Sequence record: MT161459.1
Direction: 5' to 3' (one strand)
Length of the DNA: 64,000 nucleotides
The position numbers and the translations under genes are program-made. The notes beneath the pieces are model-generated. The model searched no databases and had not been told where the DNA came from. It saw only the letters and a program-made list of their open reading frames with translations. Positions 19,037-28,244 of this stretch are shown one piece after another (positions within the stretch are counted from its first letter, which is position 1; each line of letters starts with the position of its first letter).

Positions 19037-19353
19037 GCAAAGAGCGCAGCTACAAGGATGTGCTGGAGGACGCCCTTCGGGGCGTCAAGCAAGAGTTAAT
19101 GATTCTCGTTGACGGGAAACCGTTTATCACGTACATTCATGATCTTCAAGTTGTAGATAACAAGATCCACATAGATTGGAGTACACCTCACGATGAAACA
19201 GAAATTGACCGCGACGAACTATTCCATTGCGTTCAGCAAGCTATTAACGTCCAACTCACAGAAGGATTACAATGTCAAACCAAATCAGCCAAACCATCCT
19301 CACGAACCTCCTCTATAATGAAGAGTATTTTCGGCAAACTTTTCCGTTCCTAA
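19024..19353 (+). CDS. 40: Head vertex assembly chaperone gp40
   Basis: KQELMIL.DG....YIHDL.VVD.K....W...CVQQAI..QL resembles gp40; precedes 41; GTG start inferred. Confidence 0.75.
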   Translation: MEGISKERSYKDVLEDALRGVKQELMILVDGKPFITYIHDLQVVDNKIHIDWSTPHDETEIDRDELFHCVQQAINVQLTEGLQCQTKSAKPSSRTSSIMKSIFGKLFRS

Positions 19354-20741
19354 AGGCTGAATACTTTCCTCGCGGAGCGATCCGGATTATCTTCGAGCTG
19401 ATCCGAGATCACTATAACCAACACAGCAACATTCCAACCAAGAACGCTTTAGCAATCTCTCTGGAGCAGAAAACCAATCTGAGCCAGATCGATCACGATG
19501 AAGCTCTCGAAGGTATCGGAGAGCTGGAAGGGGTTCCAGAAGATCTTGCATGGCTACTGTTCGAGACTGAGAAATTCTGTCAAGAACGAGCTATGCACAA
19601 TGCTCTGTCAGAGGCAATCCGGATCCAAGAGAACTTCGAGAAGCCGTTAGACGAACGCGACAACAGGATTCCTGGGATTGGATCTATTCCGGACATCATG
19701 AAGGATGCTCTGGCTGTCTGCTTTAGTACTGCAGTAGGTCACGACTACTTCGATGACATGGAACAACGTTGGCTCAGTTACAAGACTAAGAGCAAGAAGA
19801 TTCCATTCGGTATCAAGATCCTGAACCTGATCACCAAGGGTGGCGTAGAACGTAAGACGCTGAACGTTATTTTGGCTGGCGTGAACGTGGGTAAGTCATT
19901 GGGGTTGTGTCACTTAGCTGCTGACTACATGCTCCAAGGTTACAACGTGTTGTATGTCTCCATGGAGATGGGGGAAGAGGTTTGCGGTAAGCGTATTGAT
20001 GCAAACTTACTCGACGTCACGATGGATGACATTGACGACGGTTTGATCTCCGAAGCTGACTACATGAAGCGGTTTGCTGGATTGAAGCAGAAGAACTGCG
20101 GCAAACTGATCGTCAAGCAGTTCCCGACTGGTGGCGCGAGCGTCAACCATCTGAACAACTTGATGATGGATCTCAAGATCAAGAAGAACTTCGTTCCAGA
20201 CGTGGTAATTGTTGACTACTTGGGGATCATGGCATCCAAGCGTATGACAGCTTATTCTGAGAACTCATACACGATGGTGAAAGCTATCGCAGAAGAGCTT
20301 CGTGGGTTTGCTATCGAGCACAACGTTGCAGTTTGGTCAGCAGCTCAGACGACGCGTGCTGGATGGGATAGTTCGGATATCAATATGTCGGATACTGCAG
20401 AATCTGCTGGTCTTCCTGCGACTTGCGACTTCCTGTTGGCAGCAATGGAAACAGAAGAGCTGGCGGAGATTGGTCAACAACTGTTGAAGCAGTTGAAGTC
20501 TCGGTATGGCGACAAGAACAAGAACCAGAAGTTCAATATGGTCGTACATAAGGGTAAGCAGCGATGGTCTGAACCTGATAGTCAATGCACTGGGGAATTG
20601 AAGGGTGCAAACGATCGGATGAACCAAAAACGGAAAGACAACATCGAAGAGCAGCGCAAAGAATCTATGACTACCGCAGGTAAGATGGATGCATTGGCAG
20701 AACTCGATGATGTGAATGGCATTCCAGATTGGGGTGTGTAA
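19272..20741 (+). CDS. 41: Replicative DNA helicase gp41
   Basis: AGVNVGKS, SMEM, VIVDYLGI, SAAQTTR, QLKSRYGD. Confidence 0.98.
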   Translation: MSNQISQTILTNLLYNEEYFRQTFPFLKAEYFPRGAIRIIFELIRDHYNQHSNIPTKNALAISLEQKTNLSQIDHDEALEGIGELEGVPEDLAWLLFETEKFCQERAMHNALSEAIRIQENFEKPLDERDNRIPGIGSIPDIMKDALAVCFSTAVGHDYFDDMEQRWLSYKTKSKKIPFGIKILNLITKGGVERKTLNVILAGVNVGKSLGLCHLAADYMLQGYNVLYVSMEMGEEVCGKRIDANLLDVTMDDIDDGLISEADYMKRFAGLKQKNCGKLIVKQFPTGGASVNHLNNLMMDLKIKKNFVPDVVIVDYLGIMASKRMTAYSENSYTMVKAIAEELRGFAIEHNVAVWSAAQTTRAGWDSSDINMSDTAESAGLPATCDFLLAAMETEELAEIGQQLLKQLKSRYGDKNKNQKFNMVVHKGKQRWSEPDSQCTGELKGANDRMNQKRKDNIEEQRKESMTTAGKMDALAELDDVNGIPDWGV

Positions 20742-20744
20742 ATA
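20738..20744 (+). promoter_or_regulatory. Possible late promoter for the 61.1-like gene
   Basis: GTAAATA about 50 nt upstream of ATG 20794. Confidence 0.4.
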
Positions 20745-20793
20745 GTAGAGCCACTTCGGTGGCTCTCGTCGTATCTACATAGGAGATGAAAAG

Positions 20794-21288
20794 ATGGGTG
20801 CAAAGAGTTTCATGGATGCGATCTACGCATACCGCGTAGTCATGCTAATGGGAAAACCGTTCTCCAGCTGGACTGCATGCAAGTTGGGGATTTTGGATAC
20901 GAAAGGTAACGTTCTGCGTAAGCCAGAGACTCCTCGGGAGAAGAGCAACTACACCAAGTTCCACAGTATCATCCGGACTATCAAACAAACTGTGTCCCAA
21001 AACACAGCCAACGTTGGCCCACTATATTTGGCTATCAAGTCAGCTTGGAAGGCATTGCGTGAAGACTACAACGTCGAGTTGTCTGACGTCAAAACGCACA
21101 TGCTGAGCGAAAGCGTTGAGGGATCCGATCTCGACCGGTTTATCCGCTTCGTTGAGATGGTCGGTGGGGATTGCGGAGGCGATGCAAACGCAATAGCATC
21201 TGGCAACAATAGTGGGGATGTGGTTGGTAAGGGTCCATCCACGATGAAAGTCAACGCCAAGAAGAAGAAAGAGCAAGCCACTCCATGA
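20794..21288 (+). CDS. 61.1: Conserved T4-like protein (commonly annotated gp61.1)
   Basis: DAIYAYR...KPFSSW.A.KLGILD.KGNVL..P; between 41 and 61. Confidence 0.65.
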   Translation: MGAKSFMDAIYAYRVVMLMGKPFSSWTACKLGILDTKGNVLRKPETPREKSNYTKFHSIIRTIKQTVSQNTANVGPLYLAIKSAWKALREDYNVELSDVKTHMLSESVEGSDLDRFIRFVEMVGGDCGGDANAIASGNNSGDVVGKGPSTMKVNAKKKKEQATP

Positions 21289-21297
21289 GTGGCTTTT
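21275..21297. terminator. Bidirectional terminator
   Basis: AAGCCACTC-CAT-GAGTGGCTT TT between convergent genes. Confidence 0.75.
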
Positions 21298-21332
21298 CCT
21301 TTTAGCGGTGTATAACGGTGTATAAACTCATT

Positions 21333-22277
21333 CTATGAGATAGACGGTAGATCGCTCAGGACGAAACGAGGATCGTTAATAGCGGTTATTAAACGGGTTA
21401 TATAGGGGTAGTGCTCAATGTCGATCGTTTCTGTCCACCCATCTGGAAATAGTTCTTTTGATATTGCTGGAGGAAAATTCGATAGATGTCGCTCGATGGC
21501 TGGAGGGACAGAACCGTCTGCAAATTGGATGCACACAACCTGCGTTGGGGCGTATTCGGTAGATTGGGATTGTTGATATAAGCGTCTCCTCGGATTGGAC
21601 GTTATTCCATACTTGATAAACTTATGACCTCCGAGCTCCCAAACATACAAGTAGAACCATCCTGGGGATGTTGGATCGTATCCAGATTTCGAACATCCTG
21701 GGCAACTAGTTTTGGCGTGCATGAAGTTGTCGTATGTAGGGCTCCAACTGTGACCCAAATCGCACGACATCGATAGCCTAGTAAGCCCACCAATCCAACC
21801 ATCGTGACCCAAGTAGTTGTATTGATGCGCTTCGCACTGGGCACGCACACGTTCAATAGCTGTTTGCTCATCGAGACGAAATCTGACTATTTTCCGGAGG
21901 CGGTTGCACTCAGGACATCCAGTTTTGTTATTGATCATTCTTGTAGCATCGACGCTCCACCGATGACCCTGATGGCATACGCAGTTAGCAATTCCATCAA
22001 CGACAATGGAGGTGTATTTCCCAGCTCCGATCCTGTTTGATCTCAACGTTTGTTGACTATCATTCCATCGATAGTTTTTACTGCATGCACACGGAAGAAA
22101 GCCGGAGGTCAACCTAGCTTTCGTTGTGGGGTACACTGATAACCCATTCAGTTCCGGATCAGTAGCACATAAGCGACAACGAACGTGATATATTTTACAC
22201 CCATTGGGCGACTTGCCATCCCATCCCACCACTTCCAAGTGGCCGATAGTAGTTCCGCAGAAATCATCTTGATTCAT
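21333..22277 (-). CDS. Free-standing homing-endonuclease-like protein (antisense insertion)
   Basis: CxxC/CxxH zinc ribbons, DPELNG...PCAC N-terminus, GWFYLY...KFIKYGITSNPRRRL GIY-YIG-like C-terminus; AGGAG SD before ATG 22277. Confidence 0.8.
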   Translation of the reverse strand: MNQDDFCGTTIGHLEVVGWDGKSPNGCKIYHVRCRLCATDPELNGLSVYPTTKARLTSGFLPCACSKNYRWNDSQQTLRSNRIGAGKYTSIVVDGIANCVCHQGHRWSVDATRMINNKTGCPECNRLRKIVRFRLDEQTAIERVRAQCEAHQYNYLGHDGWIGGLTRLSMSCDLGHSWSPTYDNFMHAKTSCPGCSKSGYDPTSPGWFYLYVWELGGHKFIKYGITSNPRRRLYQQSQSTEYAPTQVVCIQFADGSVPPAIERHLSNFPPAISKELFPDGWTETIDIEHYPYITRLITAINDPRFVLSDLPSIS

Positions 22278-22316
22278 AGCATCTCCTTTTTTTTTGAACA
22301 CCATTATACATCATAT

Positions 22317-22405
22317 GTGGAGCGTAGCGACACTCCCCGAAGGGGGGAGAAATAGAATCTCCTTATACCCTTTAAGAGACTCTATAAGTCCCCCTCGCTA
22401 CGCTC
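22317..22405. repeat. Structured non-coding repeat, copy 1
   Basis: 22317-22395 matches 47465-47545 except for two homopolymer lengths; closed by an 11-bp inverted repeat GAGCGTAGCGA/TCGCTACGCTC. Confidence 0.9.
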
Positions 22406-22417
22406 GGAAAGCTGCGC

Positions 22418-22446
22418 TTTATTTCCATTTCAAAATGCTATACAGT
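22418..22446 (+). promoter_or_regulatory. Sigma70-type promoter for primase
   Basis: TTTATT-N17-TACAGT. Confidence 0.5.
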
Positions 22447-22471
22447 GATCGTCATTCAACAGGAGAAGGGT

Positions 22472-23593
22472 ATGCTATTTTTAGAACGCGAGATGGCTCG
22501 TCAGATTGCTTTCGTACTTCCGATGTTTTCTGACCACTCCCGTCCAGATGCTATCAAGCTCAACTTCCGGTGTCCGATATGCGGAGACTCGAAGAAGGAT
22601 AAGTACAAGTCTCGTGGATGGTTTCATGAGCACAAGGGTCATGTGTGGTACGGATGCTTTAACTGCAACGTCAACATGTCTCTCGTCAACTTCATGAAGA
22701 ATTATCGCGAGGAGATGTACAAGGAGTTCCTGAAAGAAAAGTTCAGGGATTCGGAACCTTCGAAGCCAACTAAACCGGTGGAACCGACTCGAAAGCTGGT
22801 AACGCAAGCTGAACTGGAGAAGAAATTCAGCCTCGATCGGTGTGATCTGGTCAAGCGATGCGATCTACTTCCTCTGGAGCATCCAGTTATCAAGTGGATG
22901 ACGGGTCGCGTTATTCCTCGGGATAAGCACCATCTGTTCTATTTCACTGGAGCGTGGAAAGAGTTGACTAACCTAGTCAAACCCGATACGTATCGGCACG
23001 TGGAGCCAGAGTATAGACTGGTCATTCCGATATACAATGCTGATGGATCGTTTAGCTGTATGCAAGGACGAGCTCTCGGTAACGTAGAGAAGAACCAACG
23101 GTACTTGACGGTCAAACCAGACGACGATGTCAACAAATTGTATGGGTTAGAGCGGATTGATCCGACCAAGACTGTGTACTACTTTGAAGGTCCAATCGAT
23201 AGTGTGTTTATTCCAAACTCGTTGGCGATTGTCGGTGGTGCCATGGCTATTCAGGATGCACCGTTTAAAGAAAAAAGAGTCTGGGTTCTTGATAATGAGC
23301 CGAGATCGAAGGATACTATAGAACGCTTGGAGAAACTGATCCGAGCAGGAGAACGTGTTGTCGTGTGGTTAGATTGTCCGTGGGCTGACCAGAAGGACAT
23401 CAACGACATGATACTGAAATCTGGCGCGACTGCTGAGCTCATCCAACAATATTTGGTTGAGAACACTTGCAGCGGTTTGAGCGCACAACGTAGATTAAGC
23501 GAATGGAGAAAATTGAATGAACCGCAAAAAAGAAAGCATGATCGAGTTGATCACTCTGCCTCATTACGATGGTCTGGATCTGCCGAAGTTTGA
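22472..23593 (+). CDS. 61: DNA primase gp61
   Basis: NFRCPICGDS...RGW...CFNC zinc finger, TOPRIM FEGPIDS, DNEPR, KDINDM. Confidence 0.97.
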   Translation: MLFLEREMARQIAFVLPMFSDHSRPDAIKLNFRCPICGDSKKDKYKSRGWFHEHKGHVWYGCFNCNVNMSLVNFMKNYREEMYKEFLKEKFRDSEPSKPTKPVEPTRKLVTQAELEKKFSLDRCDLVKRCDLLPLEHPVIKWMTGRVIPRDKHHLFYFTGAWKELTNLVKPDTYRHVEPEYRLVIPIYNADGSFSCMQGRALGNVEKNQRYLTVKPDDDVNKLYGLERIDPTKTVYYFEGPIDSVFIPNSLAIVGGAMAIQDAPFKEKRVWVLDNEPRSKDTIERLEKLIRAGERVVVWLDCPWADQKDINDMILKSGATAELIQQYLVENTCSGLSAQRRLSEWRKLNEPQKRKHDRVDHSASLRWSGSAEV

Positions 23594-24014
23594 AAGCACT
23601 GACGCAGCTGGCGTCGATATCCGAGCAGCTCATGATGGAGAGGTTCGATTGCAGCCAGGCGAAGATATGACAATTCCGACTGGCCTCAAAATGCATATCG
23701 GTTCCCACCACATGCACTCTATGTTTGTGGAGCTGGGTGTGTATGGCGAGATCGTTCCGCGTTCCGGTCTGGGGTTCAAGCATTTTGTGCGTCTGGCTAA
23801 TACCCTCGGCGTGATCGATGCAGATTACCAGGGTGAAATCTTCATCAAGATTCGCAACGAAGGCGATGGCGATCTCATCGTGAAGCGTGGCGATCGAATC
23901 TGTCAAATGATCTTCAAACCGTACTTCAAAGGCATCCAATTCGATGTAGTTTCAGAATTTACAGAGATTACCGATCGTGGCGCAAAAGGTATCGGTAGTA
24001 GTGGGGTCAAATAA
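23538..24014 (+). CDS. dut: Trimeric dUTPase
   Basis: AAGVDI, PRSGLG, GVIDADYQGEI, RICQM, RGAKGIGSSG. Confidence 0.95.
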   Translation: MIELITLPHYDGLDLPKFESTDAAGVDIRAAHDGEVRLQPGEDMTIPTGLKMHIGSHHMHSMFVELGVYGEIVPRSGLGFKHFVRLANTLGVIDADYQGEIFIKIRNEGDGDLIVKRGDRICQMIFKPYFKGIQFDVVSEFTEITDRGAKGIGSSGVK

Positions 24015-24685
24015 TGGCCGAGAAAATCTACACAGATTTTATCATTGACTTCGAGGCGCTGAGCATATTCGCTAACTCGAATGTGGTGGATCTGTCGGCG
24101 TTGACGTTTGTCGATGACTACATGAACGTTCCGAAGTTTAGTGACCTGATCCAACAAGGGATCACCGTCAAGTTTGACATCACTAAGCAGCCAGGTCGTC
24201 ATCGTCTCCCTTCCACTATGAATTGGTGGAAGACTCAGGATCCGGAAGCTCGTATAGCTCTCCGGCCATCTGCTAACGACGTGACCCTCGAAGACGGTAT
24301 CATGAAAGTATACCAGTACTTGAAGGCTCAAGGCGTTGACTATTGGAAATCCAGAGGTTGGGCTCGTGGGCACACCTACGACTTCCCAATTTTCTACAAT
24401 CTGTTGTCTCTGGCTCTTGGCAAAGACGATGTTATCGATGACGATGTAGTTAACTTCTCTCGTCAACGTGATATCCGAACAGCTTTGGAGTGCTACATAG
24501 GTCGTGGGCACAATACTTGCCCATTGCCGAAGGGTACTCTGGATGGGTTTATCAAACACAACTCCATCCACGATTCGGCTAAGGATGTCATCATGTATCT
24601 GTACGCAAAAAGATACGCATTTGGTGTTGAAGAACCTCCGAAACCAGAGGATGCTGATCCCCTGTCATTACAACAACGGTCATAA
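24014..24685 (+). CDS. dexA: Exonuclease A
   Basis: DFIIDFE, WWKTQDPEAR, W.RG..YDFPI, CPLPKGTLDGFIKHNSIHDSAKD. Confidence 0.95.
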   Translation: MAEKIYTDFIIDFEALSIFANSNVVDLSALTFVDDYMNVPKFSDLIQQGITVKFDITKQPGRHRLPSTMNWWKTQDPEARIALRPSANDVTLEDGIMKVYQYLKAQGVDYWKSRGWARGHTYDFPIFYNLLSLALGKDDVIDDDVVNFSRQRDIRTALECYIGRGHNTCPLPKGTLDGFIKHNSIHDSAKDVIMYLYAKRYAFGVEEPPKPEDADPLSLQQRS

Positions 24686-24696
24686 AGGAACAAAGA

Positions 24697-25575
24697 ATGC
24701 AAACAATGTTCGTACGCAACATTACTCAAGTGGACTTCGCTTACGTCAATCACGATGGTGCTATCATCGGCGATAGTGTGAATCTCAACGCCAACGTTAC
24801 TGGCTCTGTGGATGACGCAGAACAAGTGGTCATTGACTTCAGTGCGTGCAAAAAGCAGATCAAGCACATCATTGATGATACCGATCTGGGCATGGATCAC
24901 AAGCTGGTCGTGTTCAATGGTTGGAGCAACTACTCTAGTCAAGTACAACGCGACTCTAAGTTCGTGGTCGATACACACCAGGTTTGTGTGACTGCCGAGA
25001 GTTCTCGCAACGTTACCGAGATCGATTGGGTTGGGACCTATGAGCTCAGTCTGGTCAACTATCTCAACAATATGCTGAGTGCGCAACTGAGCGAACTGCA
25101 CGGTCGCGAAGTGATTGTTGAGTGTGATCTGAATCACATCCTGGCAATGCCGCCGTTTGTCAAGACTTTTGCTACGTTCTCGTATGCTCATGGTCTGAAA
25201 AACAGCTCATCGTACGGCTGTCAGAACATCGCTCACGGTCACTTCTCTTACGTTGGCGTCGATGTAATGGATTTCACTGCTAATGCGCAGATCGTCATGA
25301 ACAACATCGCGAAATATTTCCACGAAGCTCTGTTGATTAACGTGAACGATGTATCGGACGGTGTATTGGCTTATACTGGTATGACTCGCGGTAAGTTCAG
25401 TCTGGATCTGAAACGCAAGCAGCACAAAGTTATCTACATGGATACCGATACCACTGTAGAGAACATCGTCAAGTTCGTGTACAGTCTATTCGAACAAGAC
25501 CTGAAAGACATCGGTGCTACCAAACTGTGGGTATCCGAAGGTTTGTCCAAAGGCGCAGTAGTCGAAGTCAAGTAA
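24697..25575 (+). CDS. queD: QueD-like 6-carboxytetrahydropterin synthase (tandem T-fold type)
   Basis: MFVRNITQVDFAY, IDFSACKKQIK..ID...DHKL, YAHGLK...GCQNIAHGH, TTVENI. Confidence 0.75.
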   Translation: MQTMFVRNITQVDFAYVNHDGAIIGDSVNLNANVTGSVDDAEQVVIDFSACKKQIKHIIDDTDLGMDHKLVVFNGWSNYSSQVQRDSKFVVDTHQVCVTAESSRNVTEIDWVGTYELSLVNYLNNMLSAQLSELHGREVIVECDLNHILAMPPFVKTFATFSYAHGLKNSSSYGCQNIAHGHFSYVGVDVMDFTANAQIVMNNIAKYFHEALLINVNDVSDGVLAYTGMTRGKFSLDLKRKQHKVIYMDTDTTVENIVKFVYSLFEQDLKDIGATKLWVSEGLSKGAVVEVK

Positions 25576-25626
25576 TTTTTCAATCTGGGGCAGATAATTC
25601 TGCCCCCACACCAAAAGGGTAGTATA

Positions 25627-25833
25627 ATGAAAACCATTACCGAAGAACAGTACTTTGCCATCCTGAATGATCCGACCCGTAAGATCGTAGAACGTACATC
25701 TTACGGTCCTGGTACCATGACCACTGGCCTGTACGACGAAGATACTGGCGAGTTACTCGCTGTCCGTGAAGTATCCGAATTGGGTACTGAATACTATCAA
25801 GAAACCGACACCAAAGGTGCTAAAAATGTTTGA
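25627..25833 (+). CDS. Hypothetical protein
   Basis: 68-aa ORF with typical codon usage. Confidence 0.6.
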   Translation: MKTITEEQYFAILNDPTRKIVERTSYGPGTMTTGLYDEDTGELLAVREVSELGTEYYQETDTKGAKNV

Positions 25834-26032
25834 ACAATTCATTGAACCGTCTATTGACGACCAAACCCTGATCAATAACTTTGACCGTCGAGTGTACCTG
25901 CTGATCGAAGCTGGTTTCCAACCGAGCGACCTGATCGCTCGCATGGAACACTCTCGCACTCCGGAAGGGTTCGATCGCGATGCTCGCGTAGAGCACATCG
26001 TACTGTCATACCGCAAGGCTCGAGGTCTGTAA
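25826..26032 (+). CDS. Hypothetical protein
   Basis: AAGG SD, coupled to flanking ORFs. Confidence 0.6.
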   Translation: MFEQFIEPSIDDQTLINNFDRRVYLLIEAGFQPSDLIARMEHSRTPEGFDRDARVEHIVLSYRKARGL

Positions 26033-26340
26033 TGTTCAAGCAGATCCTGGTATTGTCTGAAGTCGCTAACCGCCGCACCCAACATAAGGTGCTCGGGAAG
26101 TGTACAGAAGAGCTCGGAGAGATCGCGACCATTATCAACAAGCCGCGCAAGATCCACGCTGAGGCCATCGAGTTTGAGGTGGCTGATCTGATCGTTGCTG
26201 CTACCGATCTGGTGTACGTTCACTACAAAAAGAAAGGGGTCGATCTGACTATCGATCAGATCAACACTATGCTGACTGACGCAGTTGCTAAGAAAAATGG
26301 CAAGTGGGCAGGGCAACTCCAACAAAAAGGCTTGATCTAA
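26032..26340 (+). CDS. MazG-like nucleotide pyrophosphohydrolase
   Basis: KCTEELGEIA...EFEVADLI all-alpha NTP-PPase motif. Confidence 0.75.
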   Translation: MFKQILVLSEVANRRTQHKVLGKCTEELGEIATIINKPRKIHAEAIEFEVADLIVAATDLVYVHYKKKGVDLTIDQINTMLTDAVAKKNGKWAGQLQQKGLI

Positions 26341-26370
26341 CTGCAATTAGTAGGGATACTCTCCCTACTA
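26332..26370 (+). promoter_or_regulatory. Promoter/hairpin upstream of topoisomerase
   Basis: TTGATC-N17-GATACT inside the 9-bp inverted repeat TAGTAGGGA/TCCCTACTA, followed by TTTTATTT. Confidence 0.5.
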
Positions 26371-26393
26371 TTTTATTTGAAGAGGAAAACACT

Positions 26394-28244
26394 TTGACCA
26401 CTCCTGTAGACTTTCGAATCCTTTCGGACAAAGAGGCTGCTCTCCAGAACACTGATATGTTCATTGGATCCGTTACCACTGAAACCCATGAGGTTTTAGT
26501 TGACGGCAAGTTTGTACAGCTGCCTTACGTTCCAGGTCTGGTAAAGATTGCGGATGAAGTGATCGACAACTCAGTGGACGAAGCCATTCGAACTGAGTTT
26601 GAGCACGCCAACGTTATCGAAGTGACCATCGAAGACAATAAGATCACTGTGACTGACAATGGTCGTGGGATCCCACAAGACATGATCCAGACTCCAGAGG
26701 GCGAAAGCATTCCACGTCCTTTGGCAGCATGGACAAGGGCACGAGCTGGTAGTAACTTCAACGCAGATCGTAAGACTGGCGGTAAGAACGGTATCGGCTC
26801 AGCTCTGACTAACTGGTTCTCGGACTCATTTGTAGGCATCACATGTAACGGTAAAGATGTAGTTACTGTTAATTGCACTAATAATGCAGATAATGTGTCA
26901 TACAAGACATCTAAGGGTAAGACCAAAGGCACGTCAGTAGCGTTTGTTCCAGACTTCGAGCAATTTGATGTTCGTGGACTGGATAGCAACTTCGAAACTG
27001 TGGTCCGCAGTCGTCTGAACATCCTGGCTATTGCCTTTCCGAAGGTGAAGTTTAAGATGAACGGCAAGACTGTGGATGGCAAATTCAGCAAGTTTGTTAG
27101 CTTGTTCGGTCCATCTGTATCCGATTCATCCGAGAACCATAGTCTGTTCCTGGCGACGTCTGATGTATTCCGTCAGGTTTCGTATGTGAACAACATCCAT
27201 ACCAAACAAGGTGGGACGCACGTCAACGGGATCATGACAGCATTGACGGATGAACTCATCCCGATGATCAAACGCAAACATAAGATCGAGATCACCAAGG
27301 CTCAGATTGCCGAGCGACTGATTCTGGGTGTATTCTTGCGATCGTTCGTTGCGCCGAAGTATGATAGTCAGACCAAAGAGCGTTTGAGTAGCTCGTGGGC
27401 TCAGATTCGCGATCATATGAACGTGGATTATAAAGCTCTGGCGAAGAAATTGCTGGGGTCGGAAGATCTGATCATGCCAATCATCGAGACGGCATTAGCG
27501 AAGAAAGAGGCTGCCGATAAGGCTGCTGCTACCAAAGCTCAGAAGAAAGCGAAGGGTGCTGACGTACCTAAGCACGTCAAAGCGAATGACATTGGTCGTC
27601 GCAAGTGCACGCTATTCTTGGCAGAAGGCGACTCAGCTATCGGTCCGTTTGCTCAGTTCCGAGATAAAGACACACAAGGTGGTTTCCCTCTCAAGGGTAA
27701 GCTGCTGAACGTGTGGGATCTTCCAGATCACGAGGTTCTGAAAAGCAAGGAAGTATCTGAGATCATTTCTATTCTCGGAGTCGGGTTGCGTTCCACCGAG
27801 AAACCAGCGTATGATCAGATTGCAATCTTCACCGATGCTGACTTAGACGGTCGTGGTTCAATCTGTCCGCTTGTCATTGGATTCTTCTACAAGTACTGGC
27901 CTCACTGGTTTGCAGAGGGTCGGATCCTGATCGCGAAGACTCCAGAGTACATCAGTACTGATGGCAAACAGACTGTGTGGTCGTACGACAAAGAAGAGTT
28001 CCAGAATCAAAACTTCAAAGGATCCAAATGGACACATCGTCACATTAAGGGTCTTGGTACTCTGACTACCGATGGAAAGAACTCCGAATATGCACAGTGT
28101 TTGAAGAATCCGGTATTCGAGCAAGTTGTCATCGATGATGAAGCGGCTGCGTGTCTGCAAATGCTTCTCGGTAGCGATTCTCAGTGTCGGAAAGATTGGC
28201 TCGGATATGAAACAATCGATGGAGATGAGAGCGACGATGAATAA
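26394..28244 (+). CDS. 39: DNA topoisomerase II large subunit (fused gp39+gp60)
   Basis: EVIDNSVDE, DNGRGIP, GKNGIGS, LAEGDSA, FPLKGKLLN, DADLDG, HIKGLGT; TTG start after GAGG. Confidence 0.96.
   Translation: MTTPVDFRILSDKEAALQNTDMFIGSVTTETHEVLVDGKFVQLPYVPGLVKIADEVIDNSVDEAIRTEFEHANVIEVTIEDNKITVTDNGRGIPQDMIQTPEGESIPRPLAAWTRARAGSNFNADRKTGGKNGIGSALTNWFSDSFVGITCNGKDVVTVNCTNNADNVSYKTSKGKTKGTSVAFVPDFEQFDVRGLDSNFETVVRSRLNILAIAFPKVKFKMNGKTVDGKFSKFVSLFGPSVSDSSENHSLFLATSDVFRQVSYVNNIHTKQGGTHVNGIMTALTDELIPMIKRKHKIEITKAQIAERLILGVFLRSFVAPKYDSQTKERLSSSWAQIRDHMNVDYKALAKKLLGSEDLIMPIIETALAKKEAADKAAATKAQKKAKGADVPKHVKANDIGRRKCTLFLAEGDSAIGPFAQFRDKDTQGGFPLKGKLLNVWDLPDHEVLKSKEVSEIISILGVGLRSTEKPAYDQIAIFTDADLDGRGSICPLVIGFFYKYWPHWFAEGRILIAKTPEYISTDGKQTVWSYDKEEFQNQNFKGSKWTHRHIKGLGTLTTDGKNSEYAQCLKNPVFEQVVIDDEAAACLQMLLGSDSQCRKDWLGYETIDGDESDDE

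Noticed and set aside
22287-22295. 9-nt T/A run as a phase-variation tract
   Set aside because: It lies in the 5' UTR just upstream of the SD of the antisense endonuclease, not in a reading frame; there is no evidence of variation.
26394-28244. Fused 39+60 topoisomerase
   Set aside because: This is the common state in T4-like phages; the split and translational bypass are the T4 exception.
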